DNA from: Zygophlyctis sp. KS116
Taxonomy: Eukaryota > Fungi > Chytridiomycota
DNA: 32,000 bases
Direction of reading: 5' to 3'
Assembly: GCA_054661495.1 (NCBI GenBank)
Contig: BAAFSQ010000021.1
Coordinates: 1-32,000 of the forward strand
The notes under the pieces are model-generated. The model worked only from the letters and a program-made list of their open reading frames with translations, searched no databases and was not told the origin of the DNA. Shown here piece by piece: positions 26,408-32,000 of this stretch; the first letter of the stretch is position 1; each line of letters opens with the position of its first letter. The translations under genes and the position numbers were made by a program.

Positions 26408-26420
26408 AGGTTCGCGTCTA
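26408..26420. promoter_or_regulatory. Candidate promoter element AGGTTCGCGTCTA (copy 2)
   Basis: Identical to 12827-12839. Overlaps the CatSper stop codon, upstream of the EDE1 ATG. Confidence 0.45.
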
Positions 26421-27564
26421 CAACTTTCTCGGCATTCGACGATCAATATATTCAGAGAGTGCAGATATAACTCCATGATGTCCTTGTTGTATTCTAGCAA
26501 TCGCAAATTCATGATACTTTAAAGAAATCAGATATGATTCTAACCAAATTGGATCGCAAAATAAATGTGTCATTGGTACTGCATCTTCCTTTTTTAGAGT
26601 TGACGCCATCTCTTTTAGAATATCATCAAAAGATTTTTCATTTCCTCGTTGATTTAATAATTGTGTAATATCCCTTTGTTGCTTTCTAAGAAATATATCC
26701 CTTTTTGCCATTTTTGCTCTTCTCTTAATTTCTAATAATCTCTCTTTTTCTGCTAATGTTGCTTCTTCCATATTTTGACAAATAACTCCAATAAATAAAT
26801 TTGCTATAATCAACTCTTGAAAACTTACTAATAATAAAATTCCCTAGAAATATAAATAAAGTTGTAAAGAATTCAGAGTTTGTAAATCCATCTGCACTTA
26901 AATTCTGTTGATATGGAACCCAGCCATCAGCACATACGTATACCCAAAGTGTATAAAATGAATCTCCAATAGTTCTCCAATCAGGTTTAGAATAATATGC
27001 ATTTGAAGAAATTCCAAATAAATAATGTCCAAGAATTCCAAAAATAAATATAACAATCAATAATAAAACTAGTACATCCAAAACATTGGTTTTTAAAGTT
27101 ATTAAGAATGCATCAACTACAACTTGTACAGATCTATACTAGGAATTTAGAGAAATTATAGAAATTACATGTGTAATGATCTTGAATGCTCTTAGAGCGC
27201 GTAGTCCACGAATAAATCGAAGTGCAGTGATACTAGAAGGATTTGTTAGAATCATACTTGAAATCCAATCTGTCCAATATACTCCAACTACTATCAAATC
27301 TAGTATCCTATATCCACTTTTAAAATATAATAGTCTTTCAGAATAAATAGATAATATTGTATCCATGGTATAAATAGACAAGAATAGTAAATTCATTATT
27401 CTGTAAAAATTGAATATTTGACTTCCTTTTTGTTCAAGTAAAGAGGCATGTGCATCGCTTTCTAAAATTAGAAAAACCATATTAATATAAATTATAGTAA
27501 TTAATGCATTTGAGTAAATGTTTGAGGATAAAATGTCGGAAACGTATCTTTTAAAGTCATTCAT
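26418..27564 (-). CDS. CATSPER3: CatSper alpha-subunit-like 6-TM cation channel (CatSper3-like)
   Basis: Introns 27139-27168 and 26804-26828. S4 LRFIRGLRALRAFK, pore VCADGW, S6 GNFIITNLFIGVI, C-terminus QQRDITQL...SFDDIL...DAVPM...YL.SL.Y similar to CatSper3. Confidence 0.75.
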
Positions 27565-27773
27565 GAGTAAAATTTTAATGAATCCAAAAAAAATTTAACT
27601 GCTTGGATTGAAAAATTTACTGATTAGTCTGTGGAATTGTTATCAGTTTATTTAAAAGTTGAAATCATTTACAACTATTTCAACTATCAAGCCGATAAAT
27701 CCTTAACTATCAATGGATTGTGGCAATGAGGCTGCGTCATCTTCGCGGTTGAAAATTCTTAAAAAAGAGAAAA

Positions 27774-28164
27774 ATGTCCTTGTCAAACTTTCTTACTCGT
27801 CATTTGGGAGGAATACCAAAGAAATTATCAGACTTACAGTGGCTCCTCAGAATAAATCCCAAATATCCTCCTACTCTAACTGAAGCTCATACCTACAGAA
27901 CAGTTTCTCCAGGATCTCAACCCCCTTATTCCCCTCCTGCAAACGATAAAATATCTAAAAACTATTATTTTACTAGAGATGCAAGAAGAAATTATCCTCT
28001 ACCTGTAGAATTAGAAAAATTATTGACTGATAAAAGGTAATTAAAATCTACTGAACTCTAGTAGTATGGCTCCTCCAAACATCAATAAGAGATATAAATA
28101 CAAGAATGGTCCAGCAATGGATCATGCAGGGAATTTAGACTTTTCTATTCGTCTAATAAATTAA
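27774..28164 (+). CDS. NDUFA7: Complex I accessory subunit NDUFA7 (B14.5a/NUZM)-like
   Basis: KISKNYYFTRDARRNYP motif; intron 28037-28061. Confidence 0.7.
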
Positions 28165-28176
28165 CCTAGAAAACGT

Positions 28177-29653
28177 ATGCCGCCTATTAAAGACAAGTTG
28201 AGTCCACTCAAACTGTTTTTACTAACAGTATGTTTAGCTGGGGTGCAGTTTACTTGGACTGTTGAGCTTGCTTATGGAACTCCTTATTTAGTATCTCTAG
28301 GTCTTTCATCTTCATTAACAGCGCTGGTTTGGATCGCTGGGCCCCTATCTGGCTTAGTTATTCAACCTGTTGTAGGCGCTTACTCTGATCAGTTGACATG
28401 GAAGTATGGGAGGAGAAAGCCATTCATCGTAGTTGGGGGATTGGCATTGATCTTTAGTGTTTGTTTGATTGCTTACAATTTTGAAATTTCATCATGGTTT
28501 ATTGATCCTTTAGCAAAGGATTTTAATTCATTACAGATTGGAATTGCAGTTTTGGCTTTTTATATGTTGGATTTCTCGGTTAATACCGTTACTTGTAGTT
28601 GTAGATCACTGATCGTTGATGTTACGCCGTTAGAACAACAACAAGTGGCAAATGCTTTAGGAGCGTTTCAGTTGGGAGTGGGGAATATTATGGGATATTT
28701 AAGTGGATTTTTGGATTTACCTGCATTGTTTCCATTTTTAGGGGATAGTCAAATTAAAGTTTTATGTTTGATTAATATTCTATGGCTTTCAATATTGCTA
28801 ACAATTACTCTAATTTCTATAAAGGAAATTCCAGTAGATACTCCTGTTCAGTCTCCTTCTCAAAAGAAGTGGTGGTTACCACTACTTAATCTAGTCAAAG
28901 GGATTAAAAGTCTTCCAAGTGATATTCAAAATGTATGTAATGTGCAATTGGTAGGTTGGTTGGCTTGGTTTCCTTTTTTGTTTTACTGGTAATTAGTTTT
29001 GAAATGAGTTTTATAGTTCGTCATGGGTTTCTCAATTTGCAAAATCAGGTGTGAGTGGCGAAAGATTGGGATCTTTGGCACTATTTACAAAGTCTGTTGT
29101 GTCTATTATAGCTGTTACTTTGGTACCTAGAATTAGAGGTTGGAATGGGCTTGGACTCGCTGAAATTTGGGCAGGAACCTTTTGGTTATTAGGAATTTGT
29201 TTATTTTGTACATATTTTGTCTCTTCTGATGTTGGAGCTGTTGCTATTCCTACTGTAATCGGTATTTGTTGGGGGCTAACTCAATGGATCCCATTTGCAT
29301 TGATTGGAGAATATGTTAGTCAAATACTTCGTCGCCAAGAATATGAGCGAGTTTCAATGGAGAATGCTGATGAAGAAGAAGGTCTGGATGGATTGTTTTC
29401 CCCAGATCCTCCTAAACTAGATGCTGGAATGGTGTTGGGAATTCATAACATTTATATTGTTATTCCACAATTTGTTTCTACCTTTGCCTGTAGTATTTTA
29501 TTCAAACTCGCTGAAATTGGGGAAAATGGATCATCTAAAGATGAATTTGGACTAGTCTTGAGAGTTGGAGGAATTGCAGCTATATTTGCAGGATTCTTAT
29601 GCTTAAATGTAAAGGAATATTCAGAGGATGAGCAACTTGACAAGGCAGATTAG
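28177..29653 (+). CDS. MFS/GPH sucrose/alpha-glucoside-H+ symporter (SUT1/SLC45-like)
   Basis: GVQFTWTVELAYGTPYL, WIAGPLSGLVIQPVVGAYSD...GRRKPFI, WLAWFPFLFY, LGIHNIYIVIPQ. Intron 28989-29016. Confidence 0.9.
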
Positions 29654-29934
29654 TTTCAAGGTTTTAGTATAATTACAATCTTACATATTTAGATTTGTAT
29701 ATGATACCAATCTGTAGGAATACTCTATTTATCTTTGATCTGTATGATTTTGAACACGTTATTAAGCAACCATTTACTAAACTTGACCAATTTCATGAGT
29801 TTTTTCCTACTTTACATGATGAAGATTTTACTCATTACAGGAAATCAGTCGAAATCTCTCATATCAGCAATTATAATAGATCATAAACAGCTTAAGACGT
29901 TTTATTAAAAGAGCTATAAATTTGAATAAAATAA

Positions 29935-30950
29935 TTAAAATACCAATTTGAATGGATACCCCCCACTCTTAATTCTAAAAACTCTCAGAATTACAGAGTA
30001 AATCACGTAAAACAAGGCTACACAAATATACGCAGTATATCTTTGAACAGTTGGATTTGGAATATGTGGTACAAGTCCAAACAAAAGCCCAAAGACTAAA
30101 GAAGCAGAACAATCTACTGATCAGTTTCAAATTAAATTTACAAAGCAGTGTCATAACCAATGGCTCAATTCCAAATTGATGTTGCTGACTTCCTGAAAAC
30201 ACCTGAGTCTCACCACGATCTCCTACTCCTAAAAATGGTGGATGACGAATTGTATTCCACATATACCCAGAGCACATGAATGCAGTGAATAAAATTACCA
30301 AATTAGCACCCATTTTAGAAAAGTCAAAGATTGATGAGAAATTATAGTAGATTACAGTCAACAAAGCAATCCCAGATGAGAGTGCCGTTAGAGCCGAAAG
30401 ATAAAAATTCCAATCAATTGGTTTTGTAATTTTAATAGAAAGTCCAGTTTTCTTATTAATCATTTTAGCCAAACCATGAACTTTTCCATCATCCCTAATA
30501 ATAAAATAATCCAATTTACTCTCCAGATAAAGTCAAGACATCAAAATCATTTCCCTTTGCGTGAGGCCCAGAGGTTGGATGGTAAATCATCAAATGAGGA
30601 ACATTTTGTAGTTTCATTTGAGCAAAAATCTTTTCAGAACTTTTAGAAAAATCCAAATACGCAACGTAGAAACGTCCATTTTCCAGAGACTTTGCAGCAG
30701 AATACGGTAAATATTCCAGTTCCTTTTGTATCAGCTTACAAGGAGCACATTGGAATTGTGGGTTTAGAGCGGTCAAGACAACAAATAGAGAATAACTTCG
30801 TGGGCCTTGAGTAAACATTGTAAATGAGTTTTCATCAAGAGCAATTACATTGTTTCCGTTATTAGACAGTTCATTTAATTTAGCAACCTTTTCACTAGCC
30901 TGATCTGCAAAACAAAGAGACAAGAGACTCAAAACGACAAAAAATCTCAT
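29935..30950 (-). CDS. OST3: Oligosaccharyltransferase subunit Ost3/Ost6 (MAGT1/TUSC3)
   Basis: Signal peptide, thioredoxin CAPC, SGYMWNTIRHPP, QFGIE, FRIKSGGYPF. Introns 30495-30519 and 30114-30141. Confidence 0.92.
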
Positions 30951-31013
30951 AATTTTTAGCGCAAATTCCGTGGAAATCTTGTCTGATCAAATCTATCAGA
31001 GTCTATTCATATC

Positions 31014-31897
31014 TTATGATTCATTAGTCTCTTCTTTCAATGAATTCAATCGTTTAAAAATAAACGTTTCTGCATTATACGATAGAATATCTCCAGACTG
31101 AAAATCAAAATACCATCCACACAATGAAAGTAATCCTTGTTCACACCGATCACGAACCCAAGGAAAAGTCATGAGATTTTCAAGAGAATTCACAATTGAA
31201 GCCAACTCACATGCTCTCAACTGAATAGATTTATCCTGATTACCATAATACTTTAAAGTTCTTTCTTTTGGAGCTTTAGCAATACTCATCCAAGGTCCAA
31301 GAAACTCTGAAGAGTCTTCTACTTCATTTTCCCTTGAATAAATTTTAAAAAAAAATACATTAGTTTACCAATTCCTCCACATTGTGTATGTCCCAAAACT
31401 ATTATAAATTCTACTTTCAAGGCTTTTACAGCAAATTCTAATGCTGCAGAGACACCATGAAGATTTGAATCTGGTTGATAAGGAGGAATCAGATTAGCAA
31501 CATTTCGGACTACAAACAAGTCTCCAGGATCACAACCAGTTAATCTATAAAAAAATTATAAAAATAATTTATACAGTGCTGGATCAGCTCTAGAGTCACA
31601 ACATCCCACTACTAAAGTTTTTGGGGATTGTCCATTTCTTAAAGAAGTATCAAAAAGTCCTCCTTTATGAAGATAATTTTCCTGAAATCTCTTGAATCCA
31701 CTAAGAAATTTTCCAAATACTTTAGTTTTAGATTCCAAATGCTCTTCATTTTGTCTAGAAGATAAACTAACTGCTGATCCCATCTTTGTTAAGGATGGGA
31801 AATTTAATAACAAGGAATCATTATTAGACGCATCGAATGATAATGTCCGAGCTTTCTTATCGGTATCTTGTACATCCAAATTGTCCTTGTTTGGCAT
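31014..31897 (-). CDS. Beta-class carbonic anhydrase
   Basis: GQSP...CCDSRADP, PGDLFVVRNVANL, GHTQCGG Zn ligands. Introns 31545-31574 and 31333-31358. Confidence 0.93.
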
Positions 31898-32000
31898 ATC
31901 TCAACTGATAAGAATGACCTAATTCGGAACAGAAATTTCAAATTTTCCGTGGAAACCAACTGCGGATACCAACTGCAAACCACGCAATTTTTTACTGGAT

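Overview
This is AT-rich eukaryotic nuclear DNA, not prokaryotic. It most likely comes from a zoosporic (chytrid-like) fungus: fungal-type housekeeping genes sit alongside the flagellum-associated genes SSNA1/DIP13 and a CatSper3-like channel. I reconstructed 26 protein-coding genes in 32 kb by manual splicing. The supplied ORF track is fragmented because the genes carry about 67 GT-AG introns, 65 of them only 24-32 nt long. These introns show an apparent hard 24-nt minimum, frequent AAG acceptors and often no polypyrimidine tract. Packing is extreme: convergent genes overlap or abut, one divergent pair is 26 bp apart, and co-oriented genes are 12-29 bp apart. One pair (EDE1-like to GPKOW) has a bacterial-style ATGA stop/start overlap. 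Other notable items are an 80-nt tRNA-like, stop-containing intron in the Pol III subunit RPC3 gene, a 26-bp uORF-generating minisatellite before a lipoyl-less PDX1-like gene, a possible NT-C2::PNGase A splice fusion, a G4-type promoter repeat, recurring short promoter motifs and a proteobacterial-looking beta-carbonic anhydrase. All gene models are read by eye and need RNA-seq confirmation.
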